A DNA stretch of 23,763 nucleotides from Archangiaceae bacterium. GTDB taxonomy: Bacteria; Myxococcota; Myxococcia; Myxococcales; Myxococcaceae. How positions within the stretch are numbered: the first letter of the stretch is position 1; every line of letters starts with the position of its first letter. A model generated the notes under the pieces. The model did no database searches and was not told the origin of the DNA. It was given only the letters and a program-made list of their open reading frames with translations. A program made the translations under genes and the position numbers. The DNA is taken from NCBI GenBank assembly GCA_043750125.1, contig JAYVCD010000162.1, positions 1 through 23,763 on the forward strand. Direction: 5' to 3'. This document shows positions 7,427-15,579 of this stretch, piece by piece.

Positions 7427-9460
7427 ATGTCCGATCCCATCCAAATCTGGGTACGCAACGACAAGGGCCGAGTCTGGGGCCCCTTGATGCCCGCCACCCT
7501 CGAGCTCCTCTTCGATCAGTCCCTGATTCCGGGCCGAATTCAGCTCTCGATGAATGGCCGCGATTTCGCGTACCCCGGACGGTTGATCGAGGTGCGCGAC
7601 TGCGTCCCCAAAGAGCTCTGGGGCGAACAAGGCCCCGACCCGGGGTTCGAAGCCGCACCCGCGATTCCGACGCCTCCCCCGATTCTCGTCCCCACTCTTG
7701 CGCCTCCTGTCGGGCCGGCCCGCTCGGCAGTGCCGATTGCGGGCCCGGGAACCTCGGCTTCCCAGGCACAGCCGCCCCGCTCGACAGCGGCCCCGGCTCC
7801 CGTCGCTCCCATCACCCTTCAAGGGTTGCAGCTTCCTGCGTCGGGAAACCTTCTCACCCACTCAGGTCTGCGCCTGTATTACCTGGCCGCCTCGAGCGAT
7901 GCGAACGGCCTGCTCAGCTTGACCCTTTCGGATCGCACCGTGCAGATCCACTTCCGCAAGGGCAACCCCGAGTTCGTCGACTCGACTCACCCCGAAGATC
8001 TGCTTTCGACCTTCCTGGTGAAGAGCCAGCTGGCCAACTTCGACCAGCTGGGCAAAGCCGAAAAAGACAAGGCCCGCTTCGGAGGAGAACTGATCGGCGC
8101 CCTGTTCGGTTTAGGCATCCTCAACCCCGGGACCGCCTTCGTGCAGCTGAGCCTGCGCGCCACCTCGATTCTCGTCCGCGGTCTCTTTGCGGAACAAGGG
8201 ACGTTCACCTGGGAGCTCAAAGACCTCGCTCCCCATAAGGCAATGCCGCTGGGAAACCGGTGGGCCCTCGTCTGCGAGCAGGGGCGAAAGTTGGCGGGAC
8301 CCGAGCTTCGCCGGCGGCTCGAGGCGGCGCTCGATCTGCCGGTGATGAAGTCCGGCGGCCAGGTCGCCGTCGCCGACCTTCGGCTCACCCCTCAGGAAAC
8401 GCGCGCGCTCTCGTATTTCGACGGGGTGCGATCGCTCAACCAGCTGTTGCACGACCTGCCCAACGAGGCCGACCACATTCTGCGCGTCGCCTTCCTGCTC
8501 AAAGAATTCGATTCGGTCGCGTTTGCTGCCGTGCGCGTGCGCGCTCCAGAGACTTCCGCGCCCCCGACGGCGAACGTCGCCGCCGCACCTCGCCTGCCCT
8601 CGCCCCCCGGCGCACCGCCGACCCTCGCCGCCGCTGCTCCAGCCCACCTCGCCGCTGCGCGCGCCCCTTCCCCCGTCTCGTCACCCCCGCCTTCGCTGGC
8701 CCCGGCCCCACCGCGCGCCGCAGCTCCGGCGGCCGTCCCGCGCGCTCCGGCTGCGAAGCTGGCTGCTGCGCCCGTCGCTCCCGTCGATCCTCTGGCTGAG
8801 ATCGAGCAGCTCACCGCCCTGCTTCAGAAGATGAAGACCCAGAATTACTTCGACCTGCTCGGCCTGAAGGACAACGTCGATGCGGGCGCGGTCAAAGTCG
8901 CCTACTTCAAATCCGCCCGCCTCTACCACCCGGACACCGTGCCTCCCGGCGCGCCGCCTGCGCTCGCAAAACTGAAGGAAGAAATCTTCGGGCGGGTCGG
9001 CGAGGCCAATCGCACGCTGTCCGACGACAAGCTGCGCGCCGAATACGCCGAAGAAGTGAAGAGCGGCAACGCTGGCGAGAAAGTGGACATCGCGCAAATC
9101 CTCGCTGCCGAAGAGATGTTCTACAAAAGCACCATCCTCGTGAAGGCCAGGAAATTTCCCGAAGCGGTGAAGATGCTCGACGAGGCAATCGCTGCCGCTG
9201 ACGAAGCCGAATATCGGGCTTGGCGGGGCTACGCGAAGTTCTTCACCTTCCCGGACAAAGCGTTGGGTCACGTCGAGGCGATGAAGGACATCAACGCGTG
9301 TCTGAAGCGCAACGACAAGATTGCGGCGGTCTGGTACTTCCAGGGACACATGGCGAAGCTGATGGGCGACATTCCGAACGCGAAAAAGAACTTCAATCGA
9401 TGCGTTCAGCTCAACCCCGAGCACCTGGATGCCCAGCGCGAGCTGCGGCTGATGAAGTGA
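7427..9460 (+). CDS. Multidomain J-domain protein: GYF-like N-terminus, DUF4388-like domain, Pro/Ala linkers, DnaJ domain, C-terminal TPRs (677 aa)
   Basis: IWVRNDKGRVWGPL; GLLSLT..IHFRKGNPEFVDS..LSTFLVKS; NYFDLLGL..VKVAYFKSARLYHPD (intact HPD); TPR-like AAVWYFQGHMAKLMGDIPNAKKNFNRCVQLNPEH. Confidence 0.85.
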   Translation: MSDPIQIWVRNDKGRVWGPLMPATLELLFDQSLIPGRIQLSMNGRDFAYPGRLIEVRDCVPKELWGEQGPDPGFEAAPAIPTPPPILVPTLAPPVGPARSAVPIAGPGTSASQAQPPRSTAAPAPVAPITLQGLQLPASGNLLTHSGLRLYYLAASSDANGLLSLTLSDRTVQIHFRKGNPEFVDSTHPEDLLSTFLVKSQLANFDQLGKAEKDKARFGGELIGALFGLGILNPGTAFVQLSLRATSILVRGLFAEQGTFTWELKDLAPHKAMPLGNRWALVCEQGRKLAGPELRRRLEAALDLPVMKSGGQVAVADLRLTPQETRALSYFDGVRSLNQLLHDLPNEADHILRVAFLLKEFDSVAFAAVRVRAPETSAPPTANVAAAPRLPSPPGAPPTLAAAAPAHLAAARAPSPVSSPPPSLAPAPPRAAAPAAVPRAPAAKLAAAPVAPVDPLAEIEQLTALLQKMKTQNYFDLLGLKDNVDAGAVKVAYFKSARLYHPDTVPPGAPPALAKLKEEIFGRVGEANRTLSDDKLRAEYAEEVKSGNAGEKVDIAQILAAEEMFYKSTILVKARKFPEAVKMLDEAIAAADEAEYRAWRGYAKFFTFPDKALGHVEAMKDINACLKRNDKIAAVWYFQGHMAKLMGDIPNAKKNFNRCVQLNPEHLDAQRELRLMK

Positions 9461-9467
9461 GGCCCCT

Positions 9468-9812
9468 TTGAGGAAGGCAGCGGTTGCGAAGGTCGACGTG
9501 AAAGAGCTGGTGTCCAAACAAGGTGCGCTCACTGGCCGTCAGCGGCGCCAGCTGCGCGCGCTCGGGCACCACCTCAAAGTGGTGGTGCAAATGGGCGCCC
9601 TGGGAATCACGGATCAAGTGGTCGCCGCGGTGGAAGCGGCGCTCAAAGACCACGAGCTCATCAAGGTGAAGATCGCCGAAGGCCCGGCCGACCGCCACGA
9701 GGCCTCGGCAGCACTCGCGCTCGCCGCCAACGCCCAGCTCGCCCAGCTGCTGGGCCGCACCGCCTTGTTGTTTCGGCAGCGCAAAGTGGGCTCGAAGATC
9801 AAGCTCAGCTGA
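9468..9812 (+). CDS. yhbY: Ribosome assembly RNA-binding protein YhbY (CRM domain); start uncertain
   Basis: LTGRQRRQLRALGHHLKVVVQMGALGIT..ALKDHELIKVK..QLLGRTALLFR. Confidence 0.93.
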   Translation: MRKAAVAKVDVKELVSKQGALTGRQRRQLRALGHHLKVVVQMGALGITDQVVAAVEAALKDHELIKVKIAEGPADRHEASAALALAANAQLAQLLGRTALLFRQRKVGSKIKLS

Positions 9813-9821
9813 ACCTTGGGG

Positions 9822-10304
9822 TCACTCGCCGAAGGGTGAAACCCCCACGCTCAGCATCGCGGTGACCACCTGGTGGGCTGGCATTCCGCCCACGTTCGCC
9901 CCGATCCACCAGCGGCCCATCATCAACCGCACTCCTGCGTCGACGTTGAGGTACGGCTCGACCCGGAAAAACTGGGAGTTGAGCCCGTCTTCTCCGGCGT
10001 TGATCGCTGCGGCTCCGATTCCCAGTCCAACGCCCGCATTTGCCTGAAGCCGCCCGCTGGTATGGGCCCGGAACTCCGCCAACACCGCCCAGGTGTGGTG
10101 GTCCGAGCCGGGCAACGCGAACGTCATTGCCCGCACCGAAGGAGTGAAGTGCTCTGCGAAATCGACGCCGACTCTCGCCGAGAGCGTCGGCACAATCTTG
10201 CAAAGGCAGCGAGCAGAGGCGCCTCCCGCAACCTCCAGCTCGAGCCTGGGATCAGCCCAGGCGCCCGACGACGACACGACCAGCAACAGCATCAATCGCT
10301 TCAT
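9822..10304 (-). CDS. Small secreted protein, probable outer-membrane beta-barrel (160 aa)
   Basis: Signal peptide MKRLMLLLVVSSSGAWA followed by alternating Gly/hydrophobic strands (LSARVGVDF, PYLNVDAGVRL, TAMLSVGVSPF). Confidence 0.7.
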   Translation of the reverse strand: MKRLMLLLVVSSSGAWADPRLELEVAGGASARCLCKIVPTLSARVGVDFAEHFTPSVRAMTFALPGSDHHTWAVLAEFRAHTSGRLQANAGVGLGIGAAAINAGEDGLNSQFFRVEPYLNVDAGVRLMMGRWWIGANVGGMPAHQVVTAMLSVGVSPFGE

Positions 10305-10336
10305 TCCCTATTGGATGCCGGGCCCTTGCAAACTGA

Positions 10337-11593
10337 TCAACGAACCGCGTCTCCTGCGAGTTTTGCTGCTTCTTCGAGCGCATCCAGCATCCCCGGGCCG
10401 TAGTACTGCTTGCGCGATTCGCCGCCTGCTTGCGCCACCACGTCCGCAGGCTCGACGTAGCCCAGGTAGCCGTTGGCCACGGAAATCAAGCGGTCGGCCC
10501 CCGCGGCCGCCTCGAGTCGCGCGCCCGCTGGCTCTGACGCCTCGATGGGCGCCGAGAGCCACACCATCTTCCCCAGACGAATCGCGCCGACTTCCGCCTC
10601 GCGGGCTGCCTTCAGGCACACGAAGTTGCTGGCCGCCACCCAGCTGAAGGAAGGCACCAGCCGTGACGCGTCGGGGTGGGGCAGGGTGACGCGAGTCCGG
10701 GCGATCGCGAGCTCCAGCGGTTGAGCGACTTCGGTGGTGGGCGGCAGCTGCTGGTCGGCAGCTTGTGCAAACGTGGCGGGGGTCTTCTCGGCAGGCGCCG
10801 AGGCATTTCCACCCGCCCCCTGCAACACCAGCGCGACTCCCGCGTCGGCCGCAGCCCGCCGGGCGGCCAGGGCCCCGGGGTAGTCGGAATCGAGACCATC
10901 GAACTTCCGGGGCACCAGGGTGGGGTGGGCGCTCAACACCAGCCACTCGGCGATCGGCCCGGTCGCCGACGTGAGCGTCATTCGCGTGAAGCGTCGGTCA
11001 CACCCCGCACCCGTTCGCGCCCGGCACAGCGCTGCGTCCGCCGTCCCCAGCTCGAGGCGCGCGGGTCCCACCGCCGCTTGCGCCTGGGCCAGCGCTTCGA
11101 CCGCCGCCCGCACCAGCGCGTTCTTCGCCGACGCGTGGAAGAGCCCCGTACCGGCAAGCTGTGCGAGGGGACGATCGTCGTACCCCCCGAAGGAAGAGTG
11201 GGTGTGCGCCGCCACCACCCAGGCGTCTGCCATTCCCGATTGCGTTCGCACTTCGCTGACCACGTCTTCGGGAATCAGCAGCACATCCAGGCTGACCACC
11301 GCCGCTCGCACTTCGCCCACCTGCAACACCACCGCTCTGGCTTCGACGGCCCGGGTCATGCGCGACGAGGTCGGTCGAAGCGGTCCGTACCCTGCGACGG
11401 TCGCGGGCCACGGGGGGGTCAGAGCCACCCTTGCAGCTCCGGCGCGCAGGGGCCCGGTGGCGCGCGACGATGAGACGAGCTTCGCCGGACTCTGGATCCA
11501 TCGGCCGCACCAGTCCCACGAGACGAGCGCGTACGCGCCGCCGATCGCGAGCAGCGCGGTCATTCCGAATGCCTGAAGTCGCCCGCGCCGCAC
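10337..11593 (-). CDS. Neutral/alkaline ceramidase-fold metallo-amidohydrolase with N-terminal signal/TM anchor (418 aa)
   Basis: LRAGAARVALTP, ARAVVL..VVSLD, AHTHSS, SAHPT, SDYPG, LQGAGGN, PIE, ANGYLGYV match the recalled ceramidase-family motif order. Confidence 0.78.
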   Translation of the reverse strand: MRRGRLQAFGMTALLAIGGAYALVSWDWCGRWIQSPAKLVSSSRATGPLRAGAARVALTPPWPATVAGYGPLRPTSSRMTRAVEARAVVLQVGEVRAAVVSLDVLLIPEDVVSEVRTQSGMADAWVVAAHTHSSFGGYDDRPLAQLAGTGLFHASAKNALVRAAVEALAQAQAAVGPARLELGTADAALCRARTGAGCDRRFTRMTLTSATGPIAEWLVLSAHPTLVPRKFDGLDSDYPGALAARRAAADAGVALVLQGAGGNASAPAEKTPATFAQAADQQLPPTTEVAQPLELAIARTRVTLPHPDASRLVPSFSWVAASNFVCLKAAREAEVGAIRLGKMVWLSAPIEASEPAGARLEAAAGADRLISVANGYLGYVEPADVVAQAGGESRKQYYGPGMLDALEEAAKLAGDAVR

Positions 11594-11621
11594 GAAGCGC
11601 GGCAGCTTAGCCCCGACCCTT

Positions 11622-12959
11622 CTACGGGACGCAGGTCGCGGCTGCTGTTCCCGGCGACGGGCAATACGCCAGCGGAGGGGCCGGCCAGACGTACAGGAAG
11701 TTGAAGCACATCTCTTGAGACGTGGTTTCCCCCCACGGCGTCGTGCCCGTTGCGCCCACGGTGTTCCACCTGCAGCGGGTGGTCATCGTCTCACCGGGCT
11801 TGAATTGAAAGTTCGCCTTCTCGAGGTACTGGGCGTTGAAGCTGTAGTTGGGGCGATCAGTGACCACTGCGCTGCCGATGGTCGACTTCATCGCCGCTCC
11901 CTTCAAGTGCATGTGCGGCCAGACGGTGAACACGTTGAAGGTGGTGTTGGTGATGTTGGTGCACGTTCCAGCCGCTTCGGCTTTCGGGCAATTGGGCGGC
12001 AGGTTGAAGCTCGTCGGGCCTACGGCCAGCACGCCGCCTTCTTTCGCCCGCAGCTGATCGCTCAGGCACAGCTTGGCTCCCGACGAGTCCACCCCCGAAA
12101 CGCCACTCGAGTTGTTGTAGTGAATCTGGATCACCATCTGATCGCCGTCGTTCAGCGGCATTCCTACGTCGACCGGCGGTTCCATCGGGCCTGCGCCCGG
12201 GGCCCAGGCGTAGAGCACCGACCAGTCGGCCTCGATGCCGCAGTTGGCCTTCATCGCCGGCGCGTTCTTCCCCAGATCTCGAAACAACACCATGTGATGC
12301 AGCACCCGCGCGTCGTCGATGATCTTGGTCGCCTTGATCACGTGCCGCTTTCCCGGCAACGACAGGGTCGTCGCGAAGCACTGGTAGAAGTCGGTCTGCG
12401 CCGGAATCGTGAACGCCGGAGCGACGATCTTCAGCTCAGTCGAGCCCGGCGGACAGTCGTCGCTGCCCCCGTCGATCATCGAGCCCGCATCCGTTCCGCC
12501 GTCGGGGGCGGTGCACGACCCCTGCAGCCCGCCTCCGGCCGACCAACTTTGAAACGCGGCGATCTCCGCGGCGGTGAGCCTCAAGTTCGGCGCCTGCGGC
12601 ATCGGAGCCGTTTCGTCTGCAACCCGGGCGGCCATCCGCTGGAAGATCTTCTGGGTCGGAGCCGCGACGCTCTGCGCCTGGGTGTCCGCATACGTCACCA
12701 GCGGCATCGGGGCGCCGAACCGGGTGGGGTTGCTGTGACAGTCCAGGCAGCGTGCGTTGAGGACCGGTTGAATGTCGCAGGCGAAGCCTCCCCCATCACC
12801 GACGAAGCCACCGCCTGCACCTCCCGCACTTCCTCCGCCTCCGGAGCCCCCGCCCGTCGCCGAGCCCCCCGACCCTCCGTCAACGGGGCCGGTCAGCGAG
12901 CCACTGCAGGAACTGATTAGAACGAAAAAGACTGCCGACTGCGCGAGCCGAAACACCAT
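11622..12959 (-). CDS. Lipoprotein: c-type cytochrome domain fused to a copper type II (PHM/DBH-like) monooxygenase (445 aa)
   Basis: Lipobox-like LISSC, Gly-rich linker, CLDCH heme-binding motif (12735-12749) with a downstream MP. Copper motifs LHHMVLF, YAWAPG, QIHYNN, DSSG, WPHMHLKG, WGETTSQEMC. Confidence 0.85.
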   Translation of the reverse strand: MVFRLAQSAVFFVLISSCSGSLTGPVDGGSGGSATGGGSGGGGSAGGAGGGFVGDGGGFACDIQPVLNARCLDCHSNPTRFGAPMPLVTYADTQAQSVAAPTQKIFQRMAARVADETAPMPQAPNLRLTAAEIAAFQSWSAGGGLQGSCTAPDGGTDAGSMIDGGSDDCPPGSTELKIVAPAFTIPAQTDFYQCFATTLSLPGKRHVIKATKIIDDARVLHHMVLFRDLGKNAPAMKANCGIEADWSVLYAWAPGAGPMEPPVDVGMPLNDGDQMVIQIHYNNSSGVSGVDSSGAKLCLSDQLRAKEGGVLAVGPTSFNLPPNCPKAEAAGTCTNITNTTFNVFTVWPHMHLKGAAMKSTIGSAVVTDRPNYSFNAQYLEKANFQFKPGETMTTRCRWNTVGATGTTPWGETTSQEMCFNFLYVWPAPPLAYCPSPGTAAATCVP

Positions 12960-12994
12960 GAACGAAAACCTTTCAAGAAGAAGTGGGCCCCACC

Positions 12995-13453
12995 CTAGGC
13001 GACCGTTCGCCCCGTGCGCGAGTCCAGGCACAGCGTCACCGGCCCGTCGTTGACCAACGACACCTTCATGTCCGCCGCGAACACCCCTTCCGCCACGAAC
13101 AGTCCCGCCGTCCGCGAGCGCTCACAAAATTCCGTGTAGAGCCGCCTGGCGTTTTCGGGAGCCATCGCTTCCAGAAAGTTCGGCCGCCTTCCCTTGCGGG
13201 TGTCGGCAAAGAGGGTGAACTGGCTGACTGCCAGAATCGCTTTGCTGGTGTCGAGCACCGAGAGGTTCATCTTCTCTGCCTCGTCTTTGAAGATTCGCAG
13301 CAACGAAATTTTTTCGACCATCCACTCGACGTCTTGCCCTTCGTCTCCCGCGCCCACCCCGAGAAAGACCAGCAACCCGGGGCCGATTTTCCCGACCTCC
13401 TGACCTTCCACTTCCACCTTCGCTTCGAGCACCCGCTGCAACACTGCCCTCAT
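12995..13453 (-). CDS. dtd: D-aminoacyl-tRNA deacylase (152 aa)
   Basis: [47 protein letters not shown]. The ATG overlaps the upstream stop (TGATG). Confidence 0.97.
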   Translation of the reverse strand: MRAVLQRVLEAKVEVEGQEVGKIGPGLLVFLGVGAGDEGQDVEWMVEKISLLRIFKDEAEKMNLSVLDTSKAILAVSQFTLFADTRKGRRPNFLEAMAPENARRLYTEFCERSRTAGLFVAEGVFAADMKVSLVNDGPVTLCLDSRTGRTVA

Positions 13454-14232
13454 CAGCGCCACACCAGCCGTTGCGCCGAAGGCTTCTGCATCGTCCGCGC
13501 GAGGATCAACAGGAAGCGAGGGTCATTGACCAGGTAGCGCCGCCACATTCGCCTGGGTTCGCGCGCCAACCGGTGCGCCCACTCGAGCCCAGAGTTCGAC
13601 ATCCACTTCGGCGCGCGCTTCGCTGTCCCCGCGATGAAGTCCAGGCCGGCGCCGATCCCGAGAGCGACTGCCGGGGCGTACTGCGCCGCGCAGCGATGCA
13701 TCCAGATTTCCTGCTTCGGAGCCCCCAGCGCCACCAGCAATACGTCAGGCTTTGCTTCGCGGATTTTCTCGAGCGCTTCCGCGTTCTGGCGAGCGTCGGG
13801 GTCGACCGACACCTGGGGAGCGTCGCAGCCGACCACCTGCGTGCCGTACCTTTCAAAGATCGCCTGAGCCGCCTTCTGCGCCACCCCGGAAGCGGCGCCC
13901 ATGAAATAGACCCGCCACTTCTTCTTCGCCGCCATTTCCATCAGCGGGAAAATCAGGTCCGAGCCCGAAATCTTGTCCGGCAACGGGTGGCCCAGTATCC
14001 AGCTGGCCCACAATAGGACTTTGCCGTCGACCAGGGACAACGAGGCGTCGCGGTAGGAATCCCGAAAAGCGACGTTGTCGTCCGCCAGCACCACGTGGTC
14101 GATGTTCGGCGTCACGACGTAGCCGCCCTTTTTCGCAGCAACGAGCCGCTCGATCGCCTCGAGCGCTGCCTCGAACGTGACTACGTCAATCGGAACTTCG
14201 CCCACCACCAGACGCTTTTGAAGAAGGGTCAC
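13453..14232 (-). CDS. WecB/TagA/CpsF (GT26) glycosyltransferase
   Basis: [64 protein letters not shown]. Confidence 0.93.
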   Translation of the reverse strand: MTLLQKRLVVGEVPIDVVTFEAALEAIERLVAAKKGGYVVTPNIDHVVLADDNVAFRDSYRDASLSLVDGKVLLWASWILGHPLPDKISGSDLIFPLMEMAAKKKWRVYFMGAASGVAQKAAQAIFERYGTQVVGCDAPQVSVDPDARQNAEALEKIREAKPDVLLVALGAPKQEIWMHRCAAQYAPAVALGIGAGLDFIAGTAKRAPKWMSNSGLEWAHRLAREPRRMWRRYLVNDPRFLLILARTMQKPSAQRLVWR

Positions 14233-14293
14233 GCGCGTTTAGTTACACGGCCACGTCGCGAAGAGCCATGCCGACCGCAGTCGAGAGTGGTAT

Positions 14294-15457
14294 TTGGCCT
14301 TCCCCGTGAGCTTCTTCGTCGAGCAGCTGTCTTCGATCGAACTGCTCCGCGAGGAGTGGGAACGGCTCGACGCGACCACTTCGCCCCGGCTGCCCTTCAC
14401 CGGACCCCTGTGGAACGCGCTGTGGTGGCATCACTTCCGAGAGGATCAGCCTTTCGTCAAAGACTCGCTGCGGCTGTTTGCGATTCGCGATCAGCAGCGA
14501 ACTCTTCGCGGCGTGGCTCCGATGATGCTCACCGAACGGCCGGCGATCGGGCCGCTGCGCGCGCGAATGCTCCAATTTCTGGGCGCCGACCCGAACGTCA
14601 CCGAGGTGCGAGGCGTGGTCTGTGCCCCGGCAGATCAACCCGCCGTCGTCGAAGCGCTGCTGCACCACCTCGAAGGCCGCTCGCACGAGTGGGACTGGTT
14701 GTTTGTCGGCGGCATCCGCCAGGCGAGCGATGCGTACCGGGTTCTCAACGAAAGGCAGGGAGTCAAATGGGGCCGAGAGGTGCCCGACTTTCTGTTGGCG
14801 ATGCCGGGCGACTGGGAACTGTTCAAGGCGCCCCTCTCGCGCAACATCAAAGAGTCGCTTCGCAAGTGTTACAACTCGCTCAAGCGCGACCACCTCGATT
14901 TCAGCTTCAACGTCCTCACTTTGCCCGCGCAAATGGACAGTGCGCTCGATCACTTCCTGCGACTTCACTGTGCCCGCGCCGCCGCGACGGACACCATCAT
15001 CCACAAGAATGTCTTCGAATCGGGGCCCGCCCGCGCGTTCTTGCGTGACTACCTCAAGCAGTCGGCCGCCGGCGGCAACGTCCGCGTCTTTCAACTCGAG
15101 CTCAGTGGAAAGATCGTCGCCACGCGCATCGGCTTCGTGCTCGGAGATTCGCTCTATCTTTATTTTTCTGGTTTTGATCCCGAGTGGGGCAAATACAGCG
15201 TGATGACCACCGCGGTCGCTGAGGCCCTCAAATGGGCCATCGCGAACAAATTCGCCACGGTCAACCTCTCACCGGGCGCGGACGTCTCGAAGACGCGCTG
15301 GGGCCCGACCGAGGTCATGCTTCGTGAGGCCGTGGTGCCCTCGCCGTCCTTCGCTGGTCCCTTGATTTACCGGGCGTACGTCGGCCTCAACAACGCCCGG
15401 CACCACGAAAAATCCCGGTTTGCCCGCGTGGTCGCTTTTGCGACCCGGCGTTCCTGA
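14294..15457 (+). CDS. GNAT-family N-acyltransferase (CelD/BcsL-like)
   Basis: LREEWERL..PFTGPLW..WW, LRGVAPM, DWELFKAPLSRNIKESLRK, FLRLHCAR, LYLYFSGFDPEWGKYS, SKTRWG. Confidence 0.85.
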   Translation: MAFPVSFFVEQLSSIELLREEWERLDATTSPRLPFTGPLWNALWWHHFREDQPFVKDSLRLFAIRDQQRTLRGVAPMMLTERPAIGPLRARMLQFLGADPNVTEVRGVVCAPADQPAVVEALLHHLEGRSHEWDWLFVGGIRQASDAYRVLNERQGVKWGREVPDFLLAMPGDWELFKAPLSRNIKESLRKCYNSLKRDHLDFSFNVLTLPAQMDSALDHFLRLHCARAAATDTIIHKNVFESGPARAFLRDYLKQSAAGGNVRVFQLELSGKIVATRIGFVLGDSLYLYFSGFDPEWGKYSVMTTAVAEALKWAIANKFATVNLSPGADVSKTRWGPTEVMLREAVVPSPSFAGPLIYRAYVGLNNARHHEKSRFARVVAFATRRS

Positions 15458-15551
15458 AACTTCGGTTCCGTTTCGGAAAGCAGCTGTCGTTCTGCTAGTC
15501 TATCGCCGTCACACAACATCCTACAGTCTGGGCGGATAATGCTGCAGTCCG

Positions 15552-15567
15552 TGGCCTGACGCTTGCG
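15552..15567 (+). promoter_or_regulatory. Putative sigma54 promoter of the EPS operon
   Basis: TGGCCTGACGCTTGCG = GG-N10-GC with TGGC and TTGC; the -12 GC (15565-15566) lies 13 bp upstream of the ATG at 15580. Confidence 0.6.
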
Positions 15568-15579
15568 AACCCACTCTTC

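Noticed and set aside
7347-7769. N-terminal extension of the 417-aa minus-strand ORF
   Set aside because: It overlaps the divergent J-domain gene; the SD and signal peptide place the start at 7346.
8540-8790. Repetitive GC-rich stretch as a DNA repeat or array
   Set aside because: Explained by a Pro/Ala low-complexity linker; no fixed repeat unit.
15467-15479. TTCCG-TTT-CGGAA hairpin after the GNAT gene as a terminator
   Set aside because: Only a 5-bp stem and no U tract.
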